DNA of 64,000 nucleotides, from positions 36,396,001-36,460,000 of the forward strand of contig NW_024704743.1 of the NCBI RefSeq assembly GCF_018977255.1, given 5' to 3'. The notes under the pieces are model-generated. The model was given only the letters and a program-made list of their open reading frames with translations. It ran no database searches and had not been told where the DNA came from. The stretch's first letter is position 1, and every line of letters starts with the position of its first letter. The position numbers and the translations under genes were made by a program. Shown piece by piece: positions 39,080 through 53,000 of this stretch. The DNA is from Callorhinchus milii. Taxonomy: Eukaryota.

Positions 39080-39540
39080 CAGCAATAGCATTGAACAGTG
39101 TGCTCAAGGGTAAGAAAGGCAAAACTAGTGTTTAGAAATCTACATTATGAGGAAAGGTTGGGGATGTTTGGCACCTACTCTTTGCAAAAAAGGAGACTTT
39201 AATGTGATTTAATAGTTCTCAAAGTTGTAAGTGAATTGGTGTAGTTGATGCAGAATAATTGGTCATACTGATGAGGATTTCTGAAACTATGGGGCACATT
39301 TTAGAAATGAGAAAAATATGGTGCTCAAAGCAGAACCATTTTATACAAAGTGTGGTATACAGAATAAGTTACCAGTGAAAGCTATTGAAATAAATTGAAC
39401 AAAAAGGTTTGCAACACAACTCAATCAGTTTCTGAGAGAAGGGATTAAGGGACAGGGTTTGAAGACAGGTAGGTGAGGTGGCAATCCATCAATTAGGGGC
39501 AGTGGAGTCAGCGGCAAATGGCCATTTGCTGTTCCCAAAA
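39080..39540 (+). mobile_element. Old CR1 3' fragment
   Basis: Degenerate tatgaggaaaggttg...ggagactt...gggattaaggga...aaatggccatt CR1 3' pattern. Confidence 0.55.
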
Positions 39541-41358
39541 TGTTCCACATTTTGTGTGTTCCTAAATATTGTGTTCCCATTTAAAATGTGCACTTAACAA
39601 GCAGTCTAAATAGTACTCATAAAGAGCTGTGAGATTTGGGTCCAACTGGATGACTGACAATAACTCGCTTGGGTCTTTGTACATCAGATCTGCTCACTGA
39701 GATACTTCATCAATCCACTATAAACACCACCGACACTAAGCTGCCCCGTTTACATAGTCAGCTCTATAATTAACTGTTGAAAGCATTTATGCACAAATCA
39801 ATGAAAAAATATTGCCGGAGTCAAATTACTCCTCAACTACCAGCAACATTCTTAACCATTTCCCAACTATACCAACACAATGATGTATTAACTGGGACCA
39901 TTCAAGAACCAAGACTTACATAGCTCCCAATGTTACCACAACCTCAGTTGCACTACTTACAATTACTTAATAAGAGTACAAATAACATCAGCTTTTCACA
40001 TACTCACACTGTTCCTTTTAAAAGGTCACTTCTTTCCAATTGTAATTCCAGATGCTACAAAATCCTACTCTCGCACAACTGCATTTTAATTCATGGAAAA
40101 CAGCTTGGGAGGTCATACTATCATCCAGTTTTCCCCCATTTACATTTCTTACAGTGTAGCTTTTTAAAACATCATCTTCATGCACATACACCAAAATAAA
40201 ACTAATCTACTACAATGAAAAGACAGATGTTAACCTGACATCCTACTGCTAGATGAAATAAGGTTAGGAATGGCATAGCAGACATCTACACAGGCAACTA
40301 TATGACTATGTTAGCAGCTTTTCACACTCTGGCATTCCTCGGAGTCTAGCACAGTTGGGCCAGAGTTGGTATCACTGGCAGTGTGTCTCACCCCCTGGCA
40401 GATTTGTCTCTGCCCTATTTTTCCCTCTGCCAAACACGATGGCATATTGTGGTTTCATCTTCCTCATCATCTGACCTGTGGAAAATCATTTGTCATTAAA
40501 CAGTTGTTTTTGCTGCACGTTTCAGCCCCAAGTGGTTCTGACTTCTTTATGGTTCACTGACAAAAAAAAGCACCTTAGATTCTTGGGATTTACTGTTAAT
40601 AATGACAGGAGACCGCTTTCAGTCACCACACTGGTAAATTAACACAGCAGTTTTGGTACCTTTAGTCATGTCAATCTACATCTTTAAATTCTTAAAAGTC
40701 AAGGAGAAGTGGCACTGTACTCCCCTCCGAAACCTCCCTCATCTTCACTCAGGTTCAACAAATCTCGTTACTTTAAGCTTCATTACAGAGAATAATTTAC
40801 TGTAATGAACAAAGTGAGCTTCGGGTTCCTTTGATTCTTTGAAATTTTCTACTCATTTTATGACTCAACCCAGGGATCTCCTGTACCATGTGTCTGACGC
40901 ATGTCCAGTGTTAAATACATTGTACAATGAAAATACCACTCACCAGGCTGATGCCAGTCTGATTAGGTTGACTGTAAACACAACTATCTGAATACTTTTA
41001 CTGCAAATCTAGATTACTTTATGTATTGACAAAATCACTGAGTCTGTCCTGAGCAGTCAGTGTTACTGTAATAGGTTGATGAGCATTGGAGTTTGTGATA
41101 GGAACCCCACAAGCAATACCACAAATAAGACCCTTTCACAACTTAAAATACAGCACCTAAATTTCCCTTTGCAGTCCAACAATTAAGAAAAGTAAGAGCA
41201 CACAGAAAAGATCAGCTTTATAACAGAAAGAGCATTGCCTCCACCTTTTACCTTCAGGACAGTTTAAGTAAGCAAGAATTACACAAAATAGCTTTCAATC
41301 CATTTTTTTTGCAGTAAGACGTAAAATGAAATAGAGAGATCAGCACATCCGTCCTTAC

Positions 41359-41461
41359 CTTGGAGTGAGTCTTGTGAGCTCATCAGAGGGGTGAAGGATG
41401 CGGCAGGTTGTAAAGGTAAAGGTAGCGCTGGTGTGTGACATACATTTACCAGGATAGTGAA
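41359..41461 (-). CDS. TRAK1: TRAK1 exon 13/14 (103 nt)
   Basis: ttcag|TT HYPGKCMSHTSATFTFTTCRILHPSDELTRLTP AG|gtaagg. Confidence 0.95.
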
Positions 41462-42014
41462 CTGAAATAAGAGAAATCAAAAGAGGGAAACAGCAGAAAA
41501 ACACACATCAGCAGCAAGTAAAAAGCCAAGAATCATCAATGGTTATAAAAATATTCTGCACCAGATTTTGCAACCCTTTCTGCCCCATTCATCCAAGCGT
41601 TACAAATGGCTCCAAATTCTCCATTTAGAACACCCCTGATCAGATGCTCAGACAGTATTGTTAATTGCCTTGAGCCACTCTCCTAACGTGAATGGCAATG
41701 TATAAATGCAAATTTGTTTTGTATTATATCCTTTAGATCCAGATTTGGCCATAGTATTCTGCCAGGTGCTAGGAGCATTGTACCTGAAGGAACACATTTT
41801 GCTTTGTTCCAACTAGATTCGAAAGGGGTAAAAATGGTGCAGAAGGAGGTTATTTCAGTGTCAAAATCACTAAGATCCCAAATCAACAGAATATTGATGC
41901 AAGAAATGGATCAATTGTTTGGATCTAATCATGTGGACATCGATTCGCTTTCAGAAATCAAAACTGGGACATGATTGCACAGGCTGCATCTGGAAATCTC
42001 TCATTCATGCTTAC

Positions 42015-42512
42015 TTTCATCAAGTCCTGGATGAGAGCTAACTTTCTTCAGTTGAACATCAATAAGACCGAGGCCCTGCTGATTGGCTCCCGTCAGCACC
42101 TCCTCACCTCAGGCGCTGACAGCATCACCATCCATGGTTACACACTCCACTTCGCTAAGCCAATTCGGAACCTTGGGGTCTTGTTGGACCATCAACTATT
42201 CTTTCTACCCCACATCTGTGCCATGACCCGATCTGCCTTTCCCCACCTCTGCAACATCTCCCGGCTCCGCCACTGTCTCACACTGCAGGCCACCGAAACC
42301 CTCATACACGTATTCATAACATCCAGGCTTGACTATGCAAACTCCTTGCTTGTCGGCCTCCCCAACTCCTCCATCCATAGACTGCAGATCATCCAGAACT
42401 CTGCCGCCATGTTCTCTCCTTCACCCAACTCTGCGACCCTATCATCCCATCCTCACCCAACTCCATTGGCTTCGTATCACACAGAGGATACAGTTCAAGA
42501 TCTTGGTGCTCA
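42015..42512 (+). mobile_element. L2 internal RT-tail fragment
   Basis: IKSWMRANFLQLNINKTEALL...SRLDYANSLL...LQIIQNSAA. Confidence 0.9.
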
Positions 42513-44448
42513 CCTAGAGTCCTAGAGCCTTTTTTTTATTATTAGTGGAAGTTATTTATAGTCCATTTCTATTTAAAAGAAAAATTCAAACTTGCTCCTT
42601 ATATTTGTTCCCATCTCCTTCCATACTTTTACTGAATTAATCCCATCAATCATCCTGTATCGCAGCCTGGCAATCATGACATGACAACAAAAATCTTTGA
42701 AACATCTTAAAGACGAAGACTATGAGAATGTCTACCTGCAGTGGAACATGAAATGAAACTGTATAATCATTAAATATCACAATGGAGTATTTTATAATCG
42801 ACAGCCAGTGAGAACTCTGACAAAATGATGAATGCTGTAAATAGGCCTGGAGAAACCGGGAATGCTGCAGTGCAGTGGAGCAGTACAGTAAAGTCACATA
42901 CTAGTAAATTGGTAACTGTGGTTTGAAAATTCACATCATTATGAATCTGAAGTCCTCTCAAATCTGGCCAGCAGCAGAGTACCTAGTTTGAGCTGTCAAT
43001 CAGCATACTCGCTGACTCAAAAATCACCAGGGATCATAGGTATCATAGCATAAAAGCAATGCAGAGATTTGAAATATAACCCGAGACATCGTTGAGTAGT
43101 TTGGGTCAAAATCAGTCACACATTTGTCTAGAAGTATCAAAATATGCAAGATGTGTGAACGAAGGTGAAATAGAACATCGCCAGTTTGAATTCAAATAGA
43201 TTTGCAATGTATTTCAATAAACTCCTGTGTATTTTGGTTTTAATTAATTACCCGTTTGTAGTATGTAGTAGGTCAGTGCCAGAGCCAACCATGTACATCA
43301 CATAATCTGAACCTATTATATGTAACCACACAATCTTACTCACAAGAGACCACAAACCCTTCATAGTTGCACTAATTTGCAGTATTATTCCCCATGTACC
43401 AGCAAATGAAATGAAGATGAAACTAAAAATCTTGGTACTGTAGAAAATTATAAATACTGAAGAATACAACGAGTAAAAAGTGGTAAGCCCTGAAAAAAAT
43501 TATATCGATCTAGTTTAGATTTATTTAAAACTAATCAAAATATTAGCCCTACTATCAGCTCAGCTATGAGCATCCTTCTAACGTAAGGTAAGCTAGTCTC
43601 CAGAGCTACATTCTGGACAGAGGAATAGAAGTTGGGAGTATGCTCCAAACAGGGAAGCACAAGGAGGGATAAAATGAGCGGAGAGATTTAGAGGTTCAAT
43701 CTATAGGTTAAAGTCAGCGTATTATACATATTAAAGATTTAAGTATGGGAAACATTTTTATGGCACTCATTAGGTAGCCTTTCAAAATATTTTCTGAATT
43801 ATCCACTGTCCTCAATCCATTAGACAGTATCCCACAGTTGCTAACTGAGGACCATCTACTTCTCTATGGCAATATCAGTGAGAACATCAAAGGAGTCACA
43901 TGTGGATAAATCTACCATGGGGCCAGTCTGGACAGTCGGGGCAGACGGGCGGGAGGGGATGCGGGAAGAAAGAGGGAGAGAGAGAACTAATGAACGAACG
44001 AATGAAAACAAACAATGCAAAAATATATTTAATTTAACCAAACATAAGAAATAATAAAGTGTATTTTGAATTAAAATCCTTAGATTATCTGAATGTATAA
44101 GGAATGAAAGTTTTTTCAGGCCAGTTGTGCTGAGTGCTTTTTTCTGCGCTTGTTACTAGTCAAATAGTTAATTTTTAAACCTGGACTAATCCAGTCAGAA
44201 AATAGGCCTTCAGTGCTTACTATGAAAAACAACACAAACTATATAGATGGCACTTTGATGTGAAGAATGAAACAAACTCTCTAGTATTTAGCATCCTGTC
44301 AAATGCTAATGTCACGTGACAGGAGATGCTCTCTCACCAGAAGCCTGTTCAGCATCCGTTGACTCCTGGGTCTCCACTCTGACTGGTTGACACTGGCTGA
44401 GTAAAGTCTGGCTTTGTGATACAGGCACTTGTGCATTCGACCTCTCAC

Positions 44449-44663
44449 CTGAGGTCTCCCTGTGCTGAATCGGCGACGAGGTAGATAAGCCCCGAAAAGA
44501 AGGTTACCCGGCTCATCTTCCTCGTAGTCCGCTAAGTGGTACACCTCCTCAACATCCAACTCCAATGGCCTGAAGCCCTTAGTGACAACACCAGGTCGTG
44601 GGTCAAGAATTCCTCCCAAGTTTGGCTGGGCCAGCTGCTGCCAGTGGTGCAGAGTTGCTGAAC
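44449..44663 (-). CDS. TRAK1: TRAK1 exon 12/14 (215 nt as assembled; apparent 1-nt deletion near 44500)
   Basis: ctcag|GT SATLHHWQQLAQPNLGGILDPRPGVVTKGF...; donor TCAG|gtgaga; conserved-looking end STSSPIQHRETS is in a shifted frame. Confidence 0.9.
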
Positions 44664-46644
44664 CTGAGGATGTAAAAGGATCATTTAAAATTTGCATAAA
44701 GGTGTCAAAACAAGGTGAATATTAACTGGAGTTAATTCACCACAAATTCATTTCAAGCAAAGGGTGAAATTACACTGCTACATTATTATTATTCATTAGT
44801 TCATTATCACACTACTACTCAAATATACCTGTTTTTAAAAGATAGTTTCTCAAATTTAATCCATTTGCAAGAACAATATAAAATCAACATATTGCACGAT
44901 ACATTATTCTAACACAACCACAACCACAATCACAAAAAATGTGAAAGATATTTTCTGAGGCAAAATATACCATATGATCTGAGGTTTCGAACCTTTAAGA
45001 AGCAAATGTGGTATTATTGCAGCATTCCAGCGATAGGTTAGAACTGTTCAGGTCACTAACAATTACATTTTCTGGTTTCTTTGCTTTTTGTTGAAACAAC
45101 GTTTTAATAGTTGCTCTATTGAATAGTCGTTAAGGACGTCAAGGAGAAAATCACTGCCTGCTGGTCAATAGAGCATGAAGGTGTTATAAGTAAAGTAGAA
45201 GGCCTGCTTATAAAATTGAATAAATGTTTGTCATTTGCAGGAATTTCACTGCTATGTTCCAATACAAAGGTCTTCAAGCTATGAACCTCCAAGGACTATG
45301 GAAGCACATTGTCACAACACATTGTGCACCCCGATCTTGTAAAATAATTTTCATTTAACTGTGTTCAATAAACAAAAGGCAAAGTATGCCACAAAAGGCA
45401 AGGTCATTGACCTGAAGAGTTAACTCATATTCCTCTCTCCACAAATGCTGCCTGACCTGCTGCGTTTTCCCAACGACTTCTGTGTTTATAACTGTGTTCA
45501 ACGTTCGCCAGAAGGGTCTAATAAATAAATGCTATTAATAAATTTCTGTCATTACTCTTCACATCAGCAGTTATTAAATGTACATCATGTTCTTGTCAAA
45601 CCTCATTACAAAAGTATCTTTTTCGATCTAACTCGACTATTCAACTTAACCAGATTCTATACCAATTTAACAGATAGACAAACAACTATTTCCAATTATT
45701 TAAGAAAGATCGCATTACATGAAGTGACACAGGAGGAAGAAAACTTAATTAAAACCCACTTAGTAAAGAAAAAAGCAGAAGAAATCAAACAAACGAATGA
45801 TACAAAATAACACTGGTTTCTTTTCTCCAACAGAAACGGTGGAAGGGAGGGGGAATGATTTCTTAGAACATGCCAGATTCGTTTATATATTCACAGATCA
45901 CTGGTTTCTGACAGTTGTAAGTTTTTAGTCATTCAATGCCAATAAACTTTAAAAACTCTGAAAAGTGATGTTACAATCTTCAGAAGCCAGTAATCTGTGG
46001 CATAAAGCAGAAGAATGAATAAAAATCAAACTGAGACAGAAACCAAAGTATAAGGCAGAAATAAAATGTTTATTAAAAACTAAAAGGAACAGAATGAATT
46101 ACCAATACTATATACCTTTACAACATTCACAAACACAATAATAGCTTAACTGAACGGAACACTAAATATTCTCAACAGTGTAGTTTAAAACAATGTATAT
46201 CTGCCATGCTTTTGTGAATACTGAATATTTGCTTGAAAAATGCACATGAATGACTGAGTCCAGCAACAAGCTTAGTAATAAAACCCTTTGAGTCCTAAAT
46301 TCCCTTTGCATCTTGTATTTTATGAACATGATTCTATTGCTCCATTAAGCAAGAACAGTGAGGATTGGGAACACAAACCAGATATTGCACAAAATAGCAG
46401 ATACTGGATTTCTTCTTAAAAGTGAAAATTCATTTTTCTTAAAAAAAAGGTAAGTGAGCATTGTAATAATCCTCAAAGGGTCAAAAGGCAACTATAGCTC
46501 AGAAGATCTCAAACCAACACCTTGGCTGGCTATCTCTGAAATAGAAGGAATATTTGGTGCAAAGGTTCCCTGATTTTTTATGATGCATCAGGGACCAAAT
46601 AGAGTCAAAGACGAGAACATAAAGAGGACGGTGCCTCCTATCAC

Positions 46645-46946
46645 CTTCCAAGGGCTTCACGATCTGCAATTTCTCTGGCAGGTAGGAACGACTGCTGAAC
46701 GACATTCCTGAAAACCCCGTAAAGTCCGAGATTCCCGAGAGGTTTGTCCCCAGTGACATGATGCTTTCCGTGGGTGTAGTGGAGCCACTTGAAAGTCCAT
46801 GCAGCTTTCTCTCCCTTTCATCCTCAAAAAACTTCCTTTCACAGAGATAGTTGTCCCGCCGGAGTGACAGCCGCCGGAGAGCTGCCTGCAGATCCCTGGA
46901 GCCAGGGGTTCCAGGCTGCCCCAGCTTCTTATCCTTGTCCTCATTT
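46645..46946 (-). CDS. TRAK1: TRAK1 exon 11/14 (302 nt)
   Basis: PGTPGSRDLQAALRRLSLRRDNYL...TPTESIMSLG...YLPEKLQIVKPLE; AG/GT boundaries in phase. Confidence 0.96.
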
Positions 46947-47649
46947 CTGAAACAAAAAAATTAACACACCACCAATGCTACGGTTAGTACTTCTCCAATT
47001 ACCACAAGATTTGGATGAAGGAGGCCCTTGTGCCCAGCTGTTCCCATCCCTCCACGAATACCACCCTAATGTCCTCCCATCACAGCATCAAGCTTCTTTT
47101 TTAAAGATGATCCCAGTTTCCTGGTCTCAGCCACCCTTCCCTGCCAACCTATTCTGGTCATTAATTATCTTGGTTACTACAAGCTTAATACTCACTTAAC
47201 TATCTCAGCCCAAATTTACAGGAATACTGAAACCTGATGGGAATAAAAGAACTGGATGAAAGGACCAGGGGTATAGCTACAAGTGGTCTTGGATGGGTCA
47301 CAGCTGACCCAATTAGCACCCAGGCCCACCAGTTACTCTTTGCACTGTCTCATACCTGATGTCCTCCCGATATGAAAGGTGTTTTACAAATGTCATTTTG
47401 CACTCATACCTCCTGTTTTGGCAGTCTTCCCATCGCTCTCCATGGTGCGTCAGCATGGAGAGTGACAGGAAGAGCACTGCAATGGGAGGTGTGATACATT
47501 GCCCGCAGATAGGAATGGAAATTTGGTCATTTCCCATCCACCATAAATTGGTGCCCACCCAAATTTCCATTCCTAGCTTTGTCACTAGAAAGAACACTTT
47601 CCACATTCTTGGTACCTGGGAAGGAATTCACAATGGAATGAGGAGAGCA

Positions 47650-48130
47650 AAAGCCCATCTGATCTCATCACTCCAGACCAGCCGTCCTACCGTCCCCCAT
47701 CACAACATCAAGCTGCTTTTTAAATGAGTCTAGTGTCCTGGTCTCAACCACTGTTCCTGACAACCTGTTCCATCTGTTGATTACACTCTGCATAAAGAAA
47801 AGCTTCTTGGTATCTGTCCTGAAAGTGCCCTATATAACTTTAAACATATGTCCTGTTGTTTTACTATCCTGATACATCCTATAGTATTGATCTACGTTTA
47901 TTTTTTGAATCCAATTTAAAATTTTGTACACCTCTATGAAATCCCCTCAGTTGTCTTGTCTCTAGACAGAAGAGCCCTAGTGTGTCTAATCATTGCTCAC
48001 AACTCATTCCTCTAACACTGTGGATCATCCTTCTTGCTCTCCTCTACATCATTTCTATGGCCTGGACAGTCCCTTTGTGTTGCAGCGACCAGAACTGTAT
48101 GAGTATTCAAGGTCCAGTCTGACCAGAGCA
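47650..48130 (-). mobile_element. Old CR1 3' fragment
   Basis: gaccagaactgtatgagtattcaaggtccagtctgaccagagc corresponds to the RPxLEY..QFW motif on the reverse strand. Confidence 0.6.
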
Positions 48131-48700
48131 CTTCATTTGGACTCGGTGATTACAGCTAAAATACCAGGCCGAATAGCCTACCATGTCATACATTTCTATG
48201 GTACATGAAAAACAGCCCTGTCAAAATTCGATCTCTTCACCTTTTTTATGTTGTTATTCTATTTCCTTATGTCTCTTTGAGCCATGCACAGACACAGGGG
48301 GTAGCATTCCAACCTGACACAAACTTTGCTCTTAACTACAACTTGCAGTTATATAATGTCCTTCACATAGGATAATGTCTGAATGCTAGCTGTAGGGAGG
48401 TGTACAAGGCAGGCCATGGGTGACTGGGCACGCTACTTACTGTATGCCGATGCCTGGCCTGGGTTCACCACTTCTCCTGGTCAATAATTCAAGAATAAAA
48501 GAAAAACATACTTTAATTGAATAGAGCAAATGTGTCTTAAAGGACTGTTACTCAATTTTCCTCATTAATGTAAACCTGTGCCCCACCACATCAGGTCCAC
48601 ACTATCACTTTCTGGAACGACCTTTTAATATAAAGCCTAGTTTCCTTCCCGTTGTAAAGTGGATTTTCCTGAAGCAGGGCTGAGTCGCTAGCTCTCTTAC

Positions 48701-48940
48701 CCAGTGTCAGAGGATTCGGTTTCTAAAATGATGCTGTTGGTCTTGTTGTCTATGACGATGTTGGAGATATCACTGCCATAAAAGCTGGAGCGAGGAGTGC
48801 TGATACAGCTTGAGAAACAAGAGTTCAAGCCGGAGGACTGATTGGATCCAGGGATATTCATGGGTGATGGGGCCTGCGATCTCTGCTTCACAGCCTGGTT
48901 CACTGTGCGTACAGTCTCAAACACTTTCTTATGCTGTCGT
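48701..48940 (-). CDS. TRAK1: TRAK1 exon 10/14 (240 nt)
   Basis: RQHKKVFETVRTVNQAVKQRS...PMNIPGSNQSS...STPRSSFYGSD...DNKTNSIILE; AG/GT in phase. Confidence 0.96.
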
Positions 48941-49889
48941 CTGTAAAAACATGAGATTATTATTCAAAGGAAGTAGCTGTTGCCTGCCAGGAGATGATGG
49001 ACAACAAGTGTTGCTGTATTTTTTTCTCTCTTTCTGATTTAGATAATTATTTGGAGAGGACAAGTTTGCAGGGCTATGGGGAGAGAGCCGGGGAGTGCGA
49101 TTGATTTGGATAGCTCATTTCAAAGAGCCCGAGCAGACACAATGGGCCAAATTGCCTCCTTCTGTGCTGTATAATTCTATGATTCTATGATTCTCTTTAA
49201 CACCAATCAAGCAAAGATTAATGCTCAGTTACTGGTGTTGGTGTGGAATAGCACTCAGTCACCAACGTGGGCAGAGATTAGTGCTCGGTCCTTTTGTAAC
49301 AATTCTTTCACAAAAAGTGCTTTGCTGTAATTAAACCCTTATATTTCGCCCCCAAGTACATCACATAAAGATGATGGGCTGGTTGTTTCTGCGAGTTTGT
49401 GGATGCCTAACTTTGCCCCTCAAAGCCTGAAATCCCCTGTCAAAAAAAATCACACTTCTTAAAAAAGGTGTAATTATTGGCTAATACTTGTTATAGAAAG
49501 TTGCTGATGTTGTAATATTCTAACCTCAAAAATTAACCCCGATTGTTTTGTTTTTGATGCTTTTATGTCCCATTTAGAAAAGGAAAAATAGCTTTAACAA
49601 AACCACATTCCAGAATCTCCAAGCACAGTGTACAACTCTGCCAGCCTCATTACTAACTGATTTTAGTCCCGTTTCCATTATTTAGACACCACTTTTATAT
49701 TAGCAACTGACATGTCAGACCTCTGAAAATCTATAAAAGGCTCTTAAGTGCATAATAAAGGGTAATTTAGGTTAATTAAACCATTACTACTTTACCAGGT
49801 TATTATAATGATTTGAATGAGCATTTGACATGGCAGCAATCAATAATCTAACAATTAAAAAACACTGCAGTGCTAATGCATGTACATAC

Positions 49890-49966
49890 TTCTGCTCGTG
49901 GGCCGGTGAGTTGTCCATCTGCAGCTCTTTACGCATTGACCCTTCAATTTCCGCTGCCAAAGAGTC
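49890..49966 (-). CDS. TRAK1: TRAK1 exon 9/14 (77 nt)
   Basis: DSLAAEIEGSMRKELQMDNSPAHEQ; aacag| and |gtatgt. Confidence 0.95.
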
Positions 49967-51346
49967 CTGTTCAATGAAAATGAGACACGACAGGATAAGG
50001 TCATAAGGGAATACTATGCTGGATAAGGTGGACATTCTAATCATGTTTTCTAACGCTAAGTGGGTTGGGGGAGGGGACAAAAGTGCAGGCATACTTCCAC
50101 CATTAATTCCACTGTCAAACTATTCAGGTTTGGAGAAAATAAAATAGATGGGATTCCAAATCCTCCTCACCCATTGCAAACCTTGACGCACAGGTTGCAC
50201 ATATGAAATCTTAGCTACTCTGTACTTCCCAAATAAATCTGCACTTAAACATTCATCCAACCAAGGCTATGAGCCAAAACTCAAATAATTTAGCAAGAAC
50301 ACAGTATTGCTCTTGAGAGGCATGGGTATATTGACCGAGCTCCTCAGAGGAAGTTTCATCAGCAATTACAATGGAGATCTGTGTAGCTTTCCTTGAAAAC
50401 TAAATTGCAACGTGCGTTCAATTGGATTAACCCAGTGAGAGTAAACCATAGCTCTTCAGTCTTTTGCACAAACAAATCCAAAAACTTAAATTGGGTCTAT
50501 CTTACCTTAGTTGTGCAACAGTGAATACGTTGTTTGATTTGTTTTTGGGTTACAAAGATCTTAACAACTAAATTGTATCCAAAGTAAAGAGTGTTTTGAG
50601 ACTTTCTGAAAGTTTAGTCTACTTTGCAACCATCCCAGATGAGGAAATCGCCCCATATGTTAGCAAAAACAAATACAGTGAATTACGATTTCTCATTCTC
50701 CAGAATAATATAAATCTCAAACTCTGTTCTTTACAGCACAAGATGTACAATTCTCACATGGTGAGAAATGTAGATCTTGGTGACATGTTTGGCAACATAA
50801 TGTTGGAATTGAGCAGGGTTTGAATATTGAACTCAAGGAGTCCAAACGGAGAAAAACATTTAGTGCAGTGAACTGCTATTCTTAAAAGGAAATTAGAGTA
50901 ACATAACTGGCGCACTGGTATTCCAGTTCTAGATGCTTTCAAAATAATTTCCAGATATGATAAGGCTCTATTTATAACACACCTGTCAACCTTAAATCAC
51001 ATCAGTAAGGCAAATCCCTTTATAGTTAAAGTGCAATATGTTGACGGACAGCTTGATTTGAAATTGCAATCCATTCACTGGGATCTAATTGCAACATCAG
51101 GCTTCTTCTGCTTCTTACTCGGAAATAAAGAAAGACCTCATTTAACAATATTGACAGAAGAAGATAACTTTTTTGTAATTTAGTTTGTTTAAAAAAATGT
51201 TTAGAATCAGGCTATGGTTGCAATGATTCTTGAGCGGGAGCAAGGTTAAAAGGAACCTAGTTGAAGCCTGCAAGTAGATGCACCGACTAACGAGACCTTC
51301 ACCAAACAGCAACTACAATTCATTCTTTCTGCGGTTATTGTGTTAC

Positions 51347-51484
51347 CAAAGGGAAGAGGCCCAGGGAGTGGTAGCGCCGTGGTGTGCTGTTTGGCATGGT
51401 TTTGTTGCGCAGGTTCTTGACTTCTTCCTGTGCTTCATGTAGCATTTCCATACATTCTGCGTACTTGTCCTCCAGCTCTCGTAA
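51347..51484 (-). CDS. TRAK1: TRAK1 exon 8/14 (138 nt)
   Basis: LRELEDKYAECMEMLHEAQEEVKNLRNKTMPNSTPRRYHSLGLFPL. Confidence 0.96.
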
Positions 51485-52015
51485 CTAAGGGCAAAAATAA
51501 ATACATATCTTAAAAACGCATCCATATATGGAGGGGTAGGGGAGGAGCTGAATAGATGGTGGCAACACCAAAGAAAACCTGCTCTCAATTTCCACCAGAG
51601 CGCTCTGGTTAGCAGCACGTACACAAGTTGCCTGATGATGATTCTCTTCCACCATCTGACTGCACCCCCCCACTTCCCACAAAGCAACAGCAAAGCAGCT
51701 AAAGTCAGGAACTCAGTTCACAACCCTCCCTGTCACTCCCTGGTGTCCACACTAACAGGTCCATTCTGTATAGCACATCATAATGCTCCACTATATTGCG
51801 AATAAAACTTTGATTTGAGCAAAAGCCCCCCAAAAAAATTCAATAAGGACTGATTGGGTGTGCGGTGCAAGGCCACTGTTTTGCTCCAGTTAAAATAGCA
51901 TTGGTACCACAAGTAACAAGCGAGCCGAGAAAAAATATTTTACAGAGGATTGTTTGAATGTGGAATTCCTTACTCCAAATTGCTATTGAAGCCAAGTTTA
52001 TATTTAAAAGGAAAT

Positions 52016-53000
52016 TAGAGTAACATGCAAAAAAAACCACACAATGTTAGGGACTGTTAAATCTTTGATTCTGGTGAAAATAATGGCAACAGTTAGCTGC
52101 AATGGGAGTAAAGCCACAATGGGCTGAAATGGACTCCTGTGCTGTAAACCCTCTATGATTCCAATGACATGCAACTCAAAGTTGAATTCATTCTTCCTGC
52201 TCAACATTGCTGTGAATCAGTGCCAAAATACCGAATATGCACCTTGGCACGATCAGCTCTAACAATGAACTTTTAAACAATAAATGTTCAAAGTTCTTGA
52301 ATCAGCCAATGCAGGAGAGTTTTGAACTGACCGTCAGGAAATAAGCCAATGTGTAGCCAGCCACTAAGTTTATATTGTACTGATGCATCAGATTTCACTG
52401 TAGTTTCTGTTGAATGACCCTCAGGCCCAGTAATTGCAGCATGAACGTTGGCTGGAAGCCATCAAGGCACGTAATAATAATAATAATAATAATCCTTGCA
52501 TTTGGTATAGCGCTTTTCACGTCGGGAGGACGTCCCAAAGCGCTTCACAGAAGACACTGTAAAGTGAATTGACTGTATATTTGTGGGCGAACGCGGCAGC
52601 CAATTGCGCACAGCAATGTCCCACAAACAGTCGTAGATTGAAAATGACCAATTTATTGTTTTTTTGTTTTGGAGGGATTATTATTAGGCGTGAGGAGTAA
52701 GGAAACTTGCCCAAGGTTTCGCCCTGACCTGCCTGGAATTGAACTCAGGTCTCTCACTTGCAAAGCGAGTGCTCTAACCACTGAGCTACAAGACTCCACG
52801 TAGAGTAACATGCAAAAAAAAACACATAATGTTAGCGATTGTTAAATCTTTGATTCTGGTGAAAATGATGGGAACAGTTAGCTGCAATGGGAGTAAAGCC
52901 ACGATGGGCTGAAATAGACTCCTGTGCTGTAAACCCTCTATGATTCCAATGATGTGCAACTCAAAGTTGAATTAATTCTTCCTGCTCAACATTGCTGTGA
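52016..53000 (+). repeat. 200-bp direct duplication (52016-52215 and 52801-53000)
   Basis: tagagtaacatgcaaaa...ctcaacattgctgtga occurs twice with scattered mismatches. Confidence 0.93.
52472..52798 (-). mobile_element. Full-length short tRNA/Deu SINE
   Basis: Near-identical reverse complement of 12584-12909; cacgta on both sides. Confidence 0.92.
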
